Below, one piece after another: positions 50,576 to 59,536 of a DNA stretch of 64,000 nucleotides (position 1 is the stretch's first letter; the number at the start of each line of letters is the position of its first letter). Source of the DNA: Actinomycetota bacterium (GTDB taxonomy: Bacteria; Actinomycetota; Acidimicrobiia; IMCC26256; JAENVU01); the NCBI GenBank assembly GCA_016870395.1, contig VGBT01000002.1, positions 69,680-133,679 of the forward strand. Reading direction: 5' to 3'. Made by a program: the position numbers and the translations under genes. The notes under the pieces are model-generated. The model saw only the letters and a program-made list of their open reading frames with translations. It was not told the origin of the DNA and did no database searches.

Positions 50576-51682
50576 ATGCCGAAGGCCGCCGTCTGCACTG
50601 CCGTGGGAGCACCGCTCGAGGTCACCGACGTCGATCTCGCGTCGCCCAAGGCCGGGGAGGTCCGCGTCCAGCTGGGCGCCTCCGGCGTGTGCCACTCGGA
50701 CCTGTCCGTCACGAACGGCACGCTGCCGATCGCGCTTCCCGCGGTGCTCGGCCACGAGGGCGCCGGCACGATCACCGAGCTCGGTGAGGGCGTCGACCAC
50801 CTCTCGGTCGGCGACACCATCGTCATCTCGTGGGTTCCCCAGTGCGGCACCTGCTACTTCTGTGAGCACGACCAGGGCGAGCTGTGCGAGGCCGGTGGTG
50901 CGGCCGCGATGTCGGGCGGCCTGCTCGACATGACGCCGCGCTTCTCGCGTGACGGCCAGCCGGTCTTCCACATGGCTGCCTCGGGCACCTTCTCCGAGGA
51001 GACGGTCATCCCGGCCATCGGCGCGGTGAAGATCGACAAGGACGTCCCGATGGCCGATGCCGCGCTGATCGGCTGCGGTGTGCTCACCGGGTTCGGCGCC
51101 GCGGTCAACACCGCCAGCATCCGCAAGGGCGACAGCGTCGTGGTGCTCGGCTGCGGTGGCGTGGGCCTCAACACGATCCAGGGCGCCTGCTACGCCGGCG
51201 CCGAGCAGGTCATCGCCGTCGACATGGTCGACGGGAAGCTCGCGCACGCCAAGCAGTTCGGCGCGACCGACCTGGTCGACGCGAGCGGCGGTGACTCGGT
51301 CGCGCAGGTCTTCGAGCTCACCGGCGGGCGCGGCGCCGACGTCGCGTTCGAGGTGATCGGTCTCGGGCCCACGATCGAGCAGGCCTTCCAGATGACGCGC
51401 CGCGGCGGCCACGCGGTGATCGTCGGCGTGCCCAGCTTCGACGTCACGATGACGCTCACCCCGGCGCTCGACCTGCTCGTGCAGGAGAAGCAGCTCCGCG
51501 GGTGCTGGTACGGCTCCTCGAACGTGCACACGGACGTGCCTAAGCTCGCCCGGCTCTACCAGGAGGGCCAGCTCATGCTCGACGAGCTAATCTCGGCCCG
51601 CGTCACGCTCGACCAGGTCAACGACGCGCTCTCCAACATGAGCTCGGGCGAGATCGCCCGCTCGGTGATCGAGTACTCGTAG
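50576..51682 (+). CDS. Zinc-dependent alcohol dehydrogenase (class III/medium-chain family)
   Basis: GVCHSDL, GHEGAG, the structural-zinc Cys cluster CGTCYFCEHDQGELC and the Rossmann motif VLGCGGVGL are present. Confidence 0.9.
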   Translation: MPKAAVCTAVGAPLEVTDVDLASPKAGEVRVQLGASGVCHSDLSVTNGTLPIALPAVLGHEGAGTITELGEGVDHLSVGDTIVISWVPQCGTCYFCEHDQGELCEAGGAAAMSGGLLDMTPRFSRDGQPVFHMAASGTFSEETVIPAIGAVKIDKDVPMADAALIGCGVLTGFGAAVNTASIRKGDSVVVLGCGGVGLNTIQGACYAGAEQVIAVDMVDGKLAHAKQFGATDLVDASGGDSVAQVFELTGGRGADVAFEVIGLGPTIEQAFQMTRRGGHAVIVGVPSFDVTMTLTPALDLLVQEKQLRGCWYGSSNVHTDVPKLARLYQEGQLMLDELISARVTLDQVNDALSNMSSGEIARSVIEYS

Positions 51683-51706
51683 CCCTCGAGTTCCGGAGGT
51701 CGGGCG

Positions 51707-52714
51707 ATGCGGTACCGGCGGTTCGGCCAGAGCGACCTCACGGTCTCGGAGGTCGGCTTCGGCGTGTGGACGCTCGCCAGCGACTGGTGGGGGGCCGTCG
51801 ACGACAAGGCCGGGATGATCCGGACCGCGCTCGACGCCGGGATCAACTTCATCGACACGGCACCCGTCTACGGCCAGGACGCACGCGGCGAGACGCTGCT
51901 CGCCGACGTCCTGAAGGCGCACCGCGACGACCTCGTGCTCACCACGAAGTGCGGCTACGACGTCGACGCCGACCGGGGCGCGAAGGTGCAGAGCGAGCGC
52001 CCGCACGACTGGCGACCGGCGTCGGTGCGGCGCCAGCTCGACGCGTCGCTCGCCCGGCTCGGCACCGACCGCATCGACCTGTACCAGCTGCACAACCCCC
52101 GCATCGAGCCGATCCTCGACGACGACCTGTGGGCCGAGCTCGAGGCGCTGCGCGCCGAAGGCAAGGTCCGCGAGCTCGGCGTGGCCCTCGGTCCCGCCAT
52201 CGGCTGGGTCGAGGAGGGCATCGAGGCGGTCCGCAACCGCCCAATCGTCTCGCTCCAGACGGTGTTCAACATGCTCGAGCAGGAGCCCGGGCTCACGTTC
52301 GCGGCCGAGCCCAACGTCGCCGACGGCCGGGTCGGGATGATCTCTCGCGTCCCGCACGCCTCCGACACGCTGTCGGGCAAGGTCACCCCAGAGACGAAGT
52401 TCCCCGCCGGTGACCACCGGGCGCATCGCAACCGCGACAACATGCTCGACAACTTCGAGAAGGCCGACACGATCTCCTTCCTCTGGGAAGGGACCGGGCG
52501 CACGATCGGCCAGGCCGCGATCGCCGGCATCCTCGCCAACCCCGCATTCGCGACCGTCCTGCCCACCTGCATCGAACCCGCCGAGGTCACCGAGTACGCC
52601 GCGGCGTCCGACCTCCCGCTCAGTGCGGACGAGAAGGCTCGTCTCGACGACCTGTGGGCGCGCAACTTCGATCACCAGGATCGCTTCGTGATGCCGCTCA
52701 AGTCGAGCCGCTGA
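51707..52714 (+). CDS. Aldo/keto reductase
   Basis: MRYRRFGQSDLTVSEVGFGVWT..., INFIDTAPVYG, IDLYQLHNP and the length match AKR-family oxidoreductases. Confidence 0.9.
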   Translation: MRYRRFGQSDLTVSEVGFGVWTLASDWWGAVDDKAGMIRTALDAGINFIDTAPVYGQDARGETLLADVLKAHRDDLVLTTKCGYDVDADRGAKVQSERPHDWRPASVRRQLDASLARLGTDRIDLYQLHNPRIEPILDDDLWAELEALRAEGKVRELGVALGPAIGWVEEGIEAVRNRPIVSLQTVFNMLEQEPGLTFAAEPNVADGRVGMISRVPHASDTLSGKVTPETKFPAGDHRAHRNRDNMLDNFEKADTISFLWEGTGRTIGQAAIAGILANPAFATVLPTCIEPAEVTEYAAASDLPLSADEKARLDDLWARNFDHQDRFVMPLKSSR

Positions 52715-52728
52715 TACGGTCCGCCGGC

Positions 52729-53334
52729 ATGGCGATGCGCCTGCCGGCCGAGCAGCGTCGGTCTCAGCTCCTCGAGGTCGCGGTAGAGGTCTTCGCTGAG
52801 CGCGGCTTCCACGCGACGTCGATGGACGAGGTCGCGGAGGCTGCCGGAGTTACCAAGCCCGTCCTCTACCAGCACTTTCCGTCCAAGCGTGCGCTCTACC
52901 TCGAGCTGCTCGCGGACGTCGACGAGCAGCTGATGGCGCGGCTCGTGGCTGCGACGGGCGGGGTGGAGACCGGTCGGGAACGGGTCCAGGAGGGCTTCGC
53001 CGCCTACTTCCGGTTCGTCGGCGAGCACCGGGCGGCGTTCCGGCTGCTGTTCGGCGCGTCGGTGCGCAACGATTCAGAGTTCTCCGAGATCGCCGAGCGG
53101 GCGATCGACCGGATCGCGGAGCTGATCGCGGAGCTGATCGACATCGACGCGCCGACCGAGCACCGGCGGTCGCTGGCCCACGCGATCGTCGGGATGGCCG
53201 AGGCGACCAGCCGGCGCGTCGCCAACGACGAGGGTGAGGTCGACCCCGACCGGCTCGCCGCCTGGCTCGCGGAGATGGCCTGGTTCGGCCTCCGCGGCGT
53301 GCGGGCGGAGGAGGCGCAGGTGCCCAACGGGTGA
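52729..53334 (+). CDS. TetR/AcrR-family transcriptional regulator
   Basis: From ATG 52729, RRSQLLEVAVEVFAERGFHATSMDEVAEAAGVTKPVLYQHFPSKRALY is the TetR HTH signature. Confidence 0.85.
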   Translation: MAMRLPAEQRRSQLLEVAVEVFAERGFHATSMDEVAEAAGVTKPVLYQHFPSKRALYLELLADVDEQLMARLVAATGGVETGRERVQEGFAAYFRFVGEHRAAFRLLFGASVRNDSEFSEIAERAIDRIAELIAELIDIDAPTEHRRSLAHAIVGMAEATSRRVANDEGEVDPDRLAAWLAEMAWFGLRGVRAEEAQVPNG

Positions 53335-53449
53335 CTGCTGCCGATCGATCCGGCACCGGAGCCGACCAGACCAGGAAGAGGCGCAGGTGCCCAACGGGTG
53401 ACGGCGGCCGATCGATCTTGCACCGGAGCCGACCAGGCCAGGAGGAGCC
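53306..53449. repeat. Tandem duplication, about 67-bp unit x2, spanning the TetR stop codon and 3' intergenic region
   Basis: Unit 1 starts at 53313 (ggcgcaggtgcccaacgggtgactgctgccgatcgatccggcaccggagccgaccagaccaggaaga). Unit 2 starts at 53380. I count 6 mismatches in 67 by eye. Each unit contains the GATCGATC palindrome. Confidence 0.85.
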
Positions 53450-53461
53450 CGCCGAGCACTG

Positions 53462-54706
53462 CTAGCTCTCGGCCGCCGGGGTCTCGCCATCGACCTTGGC
53501 CGCGCGAGCCACGAACTGCACCGCGGCGAGGTAGACGAGCAGCGCCAAGACGAAAACGAGCAGCCTCGTCGCGCTGTTCCGCTCTGCCAGCAGCAGCGTG
53601 AGTAGCAGGACGGCCACACCGCCGATGCGCAACGGGTTCGCGTAGCGCGCGACGAACTGACCGAACGCGCCAAAGTCCCAGCCGCGCGCCTCGGCCCGGT
53701 CGCCCAGGCCACCGAACACGTCGCGGAACGTGGTCCGCACCCGCGTCGGCACCTTGCCCGGCCCCGTCACCCACGCGGCGAGTGCGACGACGATCGCGAG
53801 CGCGAGCACGTACCGCAGGCCCTGACGCAGGAAGCGAACGACCGTGTCGAACGCAGCGGCCGCGGCATCGCGCGGGAACTCCGCGCTCGTCGCCCCCTCG
53901 AGGTAGAAGAGCCGCCCGACGCCGATCAGCGCTGCGAGCACCGCGAGCGCGAACGCGCTGCCGATGCCCCACCGGATCACCGTTCGGCGCCGGTTCGCCG
54001 ACAGCCAGGTGCCGATGAGGAGCAGGCCAAGCGTGATGAACGGCATCCACGACGCGATCGTGTCGAGCAGCGACACCGCTGTTTGGACCTTGCCGAGCTG
54101 CTGGGCATCGAACAGCTGGAACTTCAGCGTGAGGTTGTCCTTGGAAATGTCGGTGAAGATCCCCACGCCCCGCTTTTTGAGGAGCTGGCGCACCTGGTCG
54201 AACACGGACGACAGGTCGAGCACCACCTTCCCGTCCTTCGTGCTGACGACGTCGCCACCGCCCGTCAGGACATTGTCGAGCTCCTGGTGCGCGAGTCGGT
54301 TCGCGCTCGCCCAGAGATCCTGGAACTTTTCGGACTCGAGCGCCTTCAGCGCGACCTGCTCGGTGAGCTGGCGGAGCCCCGCGGCCATCGGGCCGGCGAG
54401 GAACTCGGCACGCTTGGGCAGCGCATCCTTGATCTCGGCCTGCGCGTCGATTTTCGTGAAGAGGGTCTCGGTGATGTCGGCGGCGACCGCGTCGATGATC
54501 GCCTGGTTGCTCGCGAGCGGCGCGACCGTGTCGACGTACCTGTCGGTGTCGAGCACCTGGTTGCGCAGCCACACGGCCGTCACCGTGAGCGGTGCACAGA
54601 TGCAGCTCACGACGATGCACAGGGCGGCGAGGAAGCGCCGCCAGCGTGGATGGCTCGACCCTCCCGAGGGCGCGTCGGACAGGTTCACGGTCTCCGTAGT
54701 CGCCAT
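53462..54706 (-). CDS. Integral membrane protein, hypothetical (actinobacterial type)
   Basis: From ATG 54706 (MATTETVNLSD...) it has an N-terminal TM helix, a roughly 180-aa extracytoplasmic-looking segment, then 5-6 TM helices. The upstream 415 codons of the 829-aa track ORF are shadow over the opposite gene. Confidence 0.7.
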   Translation of the reverse strand: MATTETVNLSDAPSGGSSHPRWRRFLAALCIVVSCICAPLTVTAVWLRNQVLDTDRYVDTVAPLASNQAIIDAVAADITETLFTKIDAQAEIKDALPKRAEFLAGPMAAGLRQLTEQVALKALESEKFQDLWASANRLAHQELDNVLTGGGDVVSTKDGKVVLDLSSVFDQVRQLLKKRGVGIFTDISKDNLTLKFQLFDAQQLGKVQTAVSLLDTIASWMPFITLGLLLIGTWLSANRRRTVIRWGIGSAFALAVLAALIGVGRLFYLEGATSAEFPRDAAAAAFDTVVRFLRQGLRYVLALAIVVALAAWVTGPGKVPTRVRTTFRDVFGGLGDRAEARGWDFGAFGQFVARYANPLRIGGVAVLLLTLLLAERNSATRLLVFVLALLVYLAAVQFVARAAKVDGETPAAES

Positions 54707-54760
54707 CGGGGCAGTCTCCCGCACCGGTCGCCGACTGGCGAGGACCGGTAGCGTGCTGCC

Positions 54761-55921
54761 ATGAGCACGATCGGGCCGCTGATCCCCGCCGACGAGACGT
54801 TCCACCACCAGATCACCGACACCTTCGCGACGGTCGGCCAGGCCGACCGGTCCTGGACCGAGAAGGTCTGCGCGATGGCGTGCGCCCGGGACGGCTCGCT
54901 GCAGCTCGGCTTCGGGATCGGCAAGTACCCGAACCGCAACGTGATCGACGCCTACGCCGGCGTTTCGCGCGGCGTCGAGCAGTGGAACGTGCGCGCCAGC
55001 CGTGAAATCGCGGGCGACCACACCACGAGCGTCGGTCCAGTCACCTACGAGGTCGTCGAGCCGCTCCGGGCGATCCGCTTCGCGTTGGCACCCAACGACA
55101 TCGTCCCCATCGCCTTCGACTGGACGTTCACCGGCATCGCCCCTCCGGCGCTGGAGCAGCGTGAGCACCACCGCAGCCGCGACGGTGCGCGCCTCGACGC
55201 CGACATCGTGCGGTACCACCACACCGGCACTGCCCGGGGCTGGGTCGAGATCGACGGCGAGCGCATCGAGCCCGACGACGCGACCTGGATCTCGACCCGC
55301 GACCACTCCTGGGGCGTCCGGTACCAGGTGGGCGCACCGGTGGAGGATGTCGCGCCGACGCCGATCCCCGAGGGCGTCGCGATGCTGATCCTGTGGTGCC
55401 CCGTGCTCTGCGAGCGCCCGGACGGATCGCGCTACGCCCTGCACTGGTACTACCAGCGCCACACCTTCGCGGACGTGTACGAGCGGATCGAATTTCAGGG
55501 CGGCGTCGAGTATCCCGACGGTCGGCGGGAGCCCATTGCCGCGCTCGTCCCCGACCTCGCCTTCCGCGACGACAACCGGCGCTTCCTCGGCGGCACGCTG
55601 CGCTTCCTGATGCCCGACGGCTCCGAGCGGCCGGTCACCTGCGCTCCGGTGTCCGACACCGGGTTCCATCTCGGTGCAGGCCTCTACCACGGCTTCGACG
55701 GGCAGTGGCACGGGCAGTGGCACGGTGCCCGTCACGTCGAGGGCGAGCACCTGGCGGACTGCTCGGTGCCCGAGGTCGCCCGGCGCGTGCACCAGCACCG
55801 CGACTGCGTGATCACCGTCGACGACCCGATGGGCGGCGGGACCGGCTGGGGCAACCTGCAGAGCATCGTCTACGGCGCCCACCCCACCATGGACCTCACC
55901 GAGCAGGCCTCGTTCCTGTAA
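54761..55921 (+). CDS. Conserved-looking hypothetical protein (386 aa)
   Basis: Non-repetitive, soluble-protein-like composition (…FHHQITDTFATV…, …TRDHSWGVRYQVG…, GQWHGQWHG). I cannot assign a family by eye. Confidence 0.65.
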   Translation: MSTIGPLIPADETFHHQITDTFATVGQADRSWTEKVCAMACARDGSLQLGFGIGKYPNRNVIDAYAGVSRGVEQWNVRASREIAGDHTTSVGPVTYEVVEPLRAIRFALAPNDIVPIAFDWTFTGIAPPALEQREHHRSRDGARLDADIVRYHHTGTARGWVEIDGERIEPDDATWISTRDHSWGVRYQVGAPVEDVAPTPIPEGVAMLILWCPVLCERPDGSRYALHWYYQRHTFADVYERIEFQGGVEYPDGRREPIAALVPDLAFRDDNRRFLGGTLRFLMPDGSERPVTCAPVSDTGFHLGAGLYHGFDGQWHGQWHGARHVEGEHLADCSVPEVARRVHQHRDCVITVDDPMGGGTGWGNLQSIVYGAHPTMDLTEQASFL

Positions 55922-55981
55922 CCGATCTCGGCACGCTTCGGTCCGCAGCACGAACCAGTTCGTTCCGAGAACCGAGGCGTC

Positions 55982-57010
55982 CTACCCGAGCAGGCGATCG
56001 AGGGCCGCCTGGGTGGGGTTGCCATGGGTGAGCCACGAGTCGTCGACGCCCTGCGCGGCGAGCAGGCGCGCGATGCGCACCATGATCGAGCCGCTGCGCA
56101 CGAGCGCGAACGCCTCGTACCACGTGAGCTCCTCCACCGCGCGGCCGAGCATGCCCTCGTAGCGCGCGACCATCCCCGCACGATCGCCGAACCCAGGCAG
56201 GTCGCCGCCCTGAGCAGCAACCATCATCCCGTGGAGCGCGAGGAACCAGCCCAGGTCCATCTCGGCCGGGCCGAGACCGCACATCTCCCAGTCGAGCACC
56301 GCGTCCACCGCGCCGTCGGCCGCGAACACGGCGTTCACGAGCTGCACGTCGCCCCAGCACACCGACGCACGGGGCTCGGGATCGGGCCGGTGCCGCACGC
56401 ACCAGGCGAGCGCGTCGGCGAGGTAGCCGGGAGGGGCCACCTCGCCGCACGCCCAGGTCAGGTAGTCGGACCAGCGGACGACCTCACCCGCGAGGCTCGG
56501 GGGCACCCCGGCCGCGAGGAAGCCGAACCGGCCCGGGTCGAGCCGGTGAAGCCCGGCCAGCGTGGCCAGGAACCCGTCGAGCAGGCCGCGCTGGGACTCA
56601 CGGCCGGCGTCGTGGAGCCAGCCCGAGGCGAGAAACGACGGGTTCGCCAGCAGTACCCGGCCCGCCACCCTGGGCATCACGAGGAACGGAGCGCCCAGCC
56701 AAGCAGGGTCGGGCTCGTGGATCACGGGCGCCGCGACCGGGTAGCCGACCTCGGCGAGCTCCTGCTGCACCCGCGCCTGGCGTCCGAGGTCGTAGGCCGG
56801 GAACAGCCCCTCCCCCGCGGGTGGCAGCCGGAGCACGATCTGCTCGGATCCCGACGCGCGTTCGACGCGCGCGAACAGCGTGTCCGACGAGAGCCCTGCG
56901 GCCGGAGCCTCGAGCGCCCCCACCACCACTGCATCACCGTCGCGGGCGAGCCATCGCTCGAGCCCGGCCCGGACCGTCTCCCGGTCGCGTTGGCCCGCCG
57001 CGATCGCCAT
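55982..57010 (-). CDS. Phosphotransferase (APH/choline-kinase-like) family protein
   Basis: The Brenner-type motif reads CWGDVQLVNAVF and is followed by AVLDWEMCGLGPAEMDLGW. It is typical of the kinase-fold proteins found beside acyl-CoA dehydrogenase clusters in actinobacteria. Confidence 0.8.
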   Translation of the reverse strand: MAIAAGQRDRETVRAGLERWLARDGDAVVVGALEAPAAGLSSDTLFARVERASGSEQIVLRLPPAGEGLFPAYDLGRQARVQQELAEVGYPVAAPVIHEPDPAWLGAPFLVMPRVAGRVLLANPSFLASGWLHDAGRESQRGLLDGFLATLAGLHRLDPGRFGFLAAGVPPSLAGEVVRWSDYLTWACGEVAPPGYLADALAWCVRHRPDPEPRASVCWGDVQLVNAVFAADGAVDAVLDWEMCGLGPAEMDLGWFLALHGMMVAAQGGDLPGFGDRAGMVARYEGMLGRAVEELTWYEAFALVRSGSIMVRIARLLAAQGVDDSWLTHGNPTQAALDRLLG

Positions 57011-57048
57011 GCCCGTAGCATGTCACCCTTCACGAGCGAGGAGGATCG

Positions 57049-57813
57049 ATGGAGATCACAGGGACCAACGCGCTGGTGACCGGAGGGGCCTCGGGTCTCG
57101 GCGAGGCGACGGCACGTCACCTACACGCGCGCGGGGCCCGCGTGACCGTGTTCGACCGCGACGCCGAGCGAGCGGCCGCGGTTGCCGACTCCCTGGGGGC
57201 GCGCTGGGTCACCGGCGACGTGACCGACGAAGGCGACACCGCCGCCGCCGTCGACGCTGCGAGCAGCGACGGGCCCCTGGGGATCGTGGCCGCGGTAGCC
57301 GGCGGCGCGTTGGGCGGGGGCCGCACGGTCGCCCGCGACGGCACCCCGCACCCTCTCGACAGCTTCCGCGGCACCGTCGACCTCAACCTGGTCGGCACCT
57401 TCAACACGGTGCGCCTCGCCGCGGCCGAGATGGCCGGCAACGAGCCCGGCGAGGACGGCGAGCGCGGCGTCATCGTGACCACCGCTTCGATCGCCGGCTA
57501 CGAAGGCCAGATCGGCCAGATCGCATACGGCGCGGCGAAGGCCGGAATCATCGGGATGACGATCATCTCGGCCCGCGACCTCGCCGCGATGGGAGTGCGG
57601 GTGAACTGCATCGCGCCCGGCACGATGGGCACCCGGGCCTGGGACCTGGCCCCCGCCGAGATGCGGGAGAAGCTGGAGGCCAAGGTCCCGTTCCCACCCC
57701 GGTTCGGCCACCCGGAGGAGTTCGCCGCGCTGGTCGAGCACATGGCCACGAACCGGTACCTCAACGGCCAGGTCATCCGTCTCGACGGGGCGATCCGCTT
57801 CGACCCGAAGTAG
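57049..57813 (+). CDS. Short-chain dehydrogenase/reductase (3-hydroxyacyl-CoA dehydrogenase type-2-like)
   Basis: ALVTGGASGLG, TASIAGYEGQIGQIAYGAAKAG (the S...YxxxK catalytic motif), 254 aa. Confidence 0.9.
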   Translation: MEITGTNALVTGGASGLGEATARHLHARGARVTVFDRDAERAAAVADSLGARWVTGDVTDEGDTAAAVDAASSDGPLGIVAAVAGGALGGGRTVARDGTPHPLDSFRGTVDLNLVGTFNTVRLAAAEMAGNEPGEDGERGVIVTTASIAGYEGQIGQIAYGAAKAGIIGMTIISARDLAAMGVRVNCIAPGTMGTRAWDLAPAEMREKLEAKVPFPPRFGHPEEFAALVEHMATNRYLNGQVIRLDGAIRFDPK

Positions 57814-57846
57814 CCGACCCGAGACAACCGTGCCGTCGGAGGTGTC

Positions 57847-58938
57847 GTGATGCAAGAAGTTCGCGGAGTGGTCGCCCGATCGAAGGGTGCGCCGGTCACG
57901 ATCGAGGCGATCCTCGTGCCCGATCCCGGACCGGGTGAAGCGCTCGTGCGCGTGCAGTCGTGCGGCGTGTGCCACACCGACCTGCACTACCGGGAGGGGG
58001 CGATCAACGACGACTTCCCGTTCCTGCTCGGCCACGAGGCCGCCGGCGTCGTTGAGGCCGTCGGCCCGGACGTCTCCGACGTCGCGCCCGGCGACTTCGT
58101 CGTCCTGAATTGGCGCGCGGTATGCGGTGAGTGCCGGGCGTGTCGCCGCGGTCGACCCTGGTACTGCTTCACGACCCACAACGCCACCCAGAAGATGACG
58201 CTCGCCGACGGCACCGAGCTCTCGGCCGCGCTCGGCATCGGCGCGTTCGCCGACAAGACGCTCGTCGCCGCGGGGCAGTGCACCCGCGTCGACCCGCGCG
58301 CCCGACCCGAGGCGGTCGGCTTGCTCGGGTGCGGTGTGATGGCGGGCTTCGGAGCAGCGGCGTTCACCGGGAACGTTCAACGCGGCGACACGGTCGCCGT
58401 GTTCGGCTGCGGCGGCGTCGGCGACGCGGCGATCGCCGCGTCGGCCCTGGCCGGCGCCCGGCGGGTCATCGCGATCGACCTCGACCCCACCAAGCTCGAA
58501 TGGGCCCGAGGGTTCGGTGCGACCGACGTGGTCGACGCATCGAAGACCGACGTCGTCGAGGCAGTTCGAGCGTTGACCGACGGCTTCGGCGCCGACGTGT
58601 GCATCGAGGCGGTCGGCCATCCCGCGGTCTTGGAGCAGGCGTTCTACGCGCGCGACCTTGCCGGCACCGTGGTGCAGGTCGGCGTGCCCGACCCGTCGAT
58701 GACGATCGAGCTGCCGATGATCGAGCTGTTCGGCCGTGGCGGAGCGCTCCGGCCGTCGTGGTACGGCGACTGCCTCCCGTCGCGGGACTTCCCGGTGCTC
58801 GTCGACCTCTATCTCCAGAACAAGCTCGACCTCGACCGCTTCGTCTCCGAGACGATCGCGCTCGACCAGGTGGAGGCGGCGTTCGACCGGATGGAGCGGG
58901 GCGAGGTGCTTCGCTCGGTCGTTGCGCTCGAGCCGTAG
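57847..58938 (+). CDS. mscR: S-(hydroxymethyl)mycothiol dehydrogenase-like Zn alcohol dehydrogenase
   Basis: [30 protein letters not shown] and FGCGGVGD are present. The overall text is very close to the mycothiol-dependent formaldehyde dehydrogenase family (Rv2259-like) as I recall it. Confidence 0.8.
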   Translation: MMQEVRGVVARSKGAPVTIEAILVPDPGPGEALVRVQSCGVCHTDLHYREGAINDDFPFLLGHEAAGVVEAVGPDVSDVAPGDFVVLNWRAVCGECRACRRGRPWYCFTTHNATQKMTLADGTELSAALGIGAFADKTLVAAGQCTRVDPRARPEAVGLLGCGVMAGFGAAAFTGNVQRGDTVAVFGCGGVGDAAIAASALAGARRVIAIDLDPTKLEWARGFGATDVVDASKTDVVEAVRALTDGFGADVCIEAVGHPAVLEQAFYARDLAGTVVQVGVPDPSMTIELPMIELFGRGGALRPSWYGDCLPSRDFPVLVDLYLQNKLDLDRFVSETIALDQVEAAFDRMERGEVLRSVVALEP

Positions 58939-58989
58939 ACGCGGCGCCCGGGCGAGAGGAGTCCGTCAACCCGGGCCCATCGCACTCCG

Positions 58990-59266
58990 AGAGCAGAGGG
59001 ATGTCGCCGTTCGGGGGGAAGCCGCGCAGCGTTGCCGTGCGCGCGCCCGCCGGGCCAACGTGAGGGCCAGCATCGGGATCGCCATGAACACGCACCTCGA
59101 GGCCGGCGCCGAGGAGCTGCTGCGGTATGCCGATGCGGCGCAGTACCGCGCCAAGGAGACGGGCCGGAATCGCATCGAGGGGGTCTTGCTGCGGCGAAGA
59201 ACTCGCTTCGTCACACCCGGGTACGTCGCCGCAGAACCATCCCTCGCGTCGTGTGCCGGGCGTTGA
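58990..59266 (+). pseudogene. Relic of the 3' end of a GGDEF (diguanylate cyclase) domain gene
   Basis: In the frame of ORF 58736-59266, bases 59066-59182 read ASIGIAMNTHLEAGAEELLRYADAAQYRAKETGRNRIEG. This is the conserved last roughly 40 residues of GGDEF domains (...SiGia....d.eeLl..AD.AlY.AK..GRNr). A possible decayed GGDEF box (FGGKPRSVAV) lies in another frame about 15 codons upstream. There is no N-terminal part and no start. Confidence 0.5.
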
Positions 59267-59295
59267 CCTGACCGACCTTCTAGTCTCGAGGTGTC

Positions 59296-59337
59296 GAGGC
59301 CCGGCGCCGCCCTCCCTGCCCGGGCGCGCCGGGCCTC
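59296..59337. other. Perfect 12-bp inverted repeat GAGGCCCGGCGC / GCGCCGGGCCTC (18-nt loop)
   Basis: The arms are at 59296-59307 and 59326-59337, in the non-coding gap between the GGDEF relic and the acyl-CoA dehydrogenase 3' end. Confidence 0.5.
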
Positions 59338-59465
59338 GCCGCGTTTGCACGCGACCTCCCCCGACAACCCGGGGAGCACGACAGGCCGGGGGGGGCACCG
59401 AGCGACGGCCACGCCGGACCGGCCACCCGAACACACAAGACGCACAAGGGGTCCACGCGAGCGCG

Positions 59466-59512
59466 CCGACGCCCGCGACCCACCCTGCGCAAGGGTCGGC
59501 CGCGGGCGTCGG
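59466..59512 (-). terminator. Long GC hairpin 24 nt downstream of the acyl-CoA dehydrogenase stop (putative U-tail-less terminator)
   Basis: CCGACGCCCGCG (59466-59477) pairs with CGCGGGCGTCGG (59501-59512). An inner ACCCT/AGGGT pair is also present. No U-run follows on the minus strand. Confidence 0.4.
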
Positions 59513-59536
59513 AAACGCCTGTCGTTGCTGCTCGAA

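Noticed and set aside
53004-54620. Track ORFs 53004-54620 (-) and 53074-53712 (-) containing a duplicated peptide PPGLVGSGA.SIG..HPLGTCASS
   Set aside because: The duplication is simply the antisense read-out of the 67-bp tandem DNA repeat. The ORFs overlap the TetR gene and the membrane protein gene in wrong frames and have shadow-frame composition.
55922-55981. Small ACGAAC-ca-GTTCGT inverted repeat between convergent genes, considered as a terminator
   Set aside because: A 2-nt loop is sterically implausible for a stable hairpin, and no U-tract follows. This is too weak to report as a feature.
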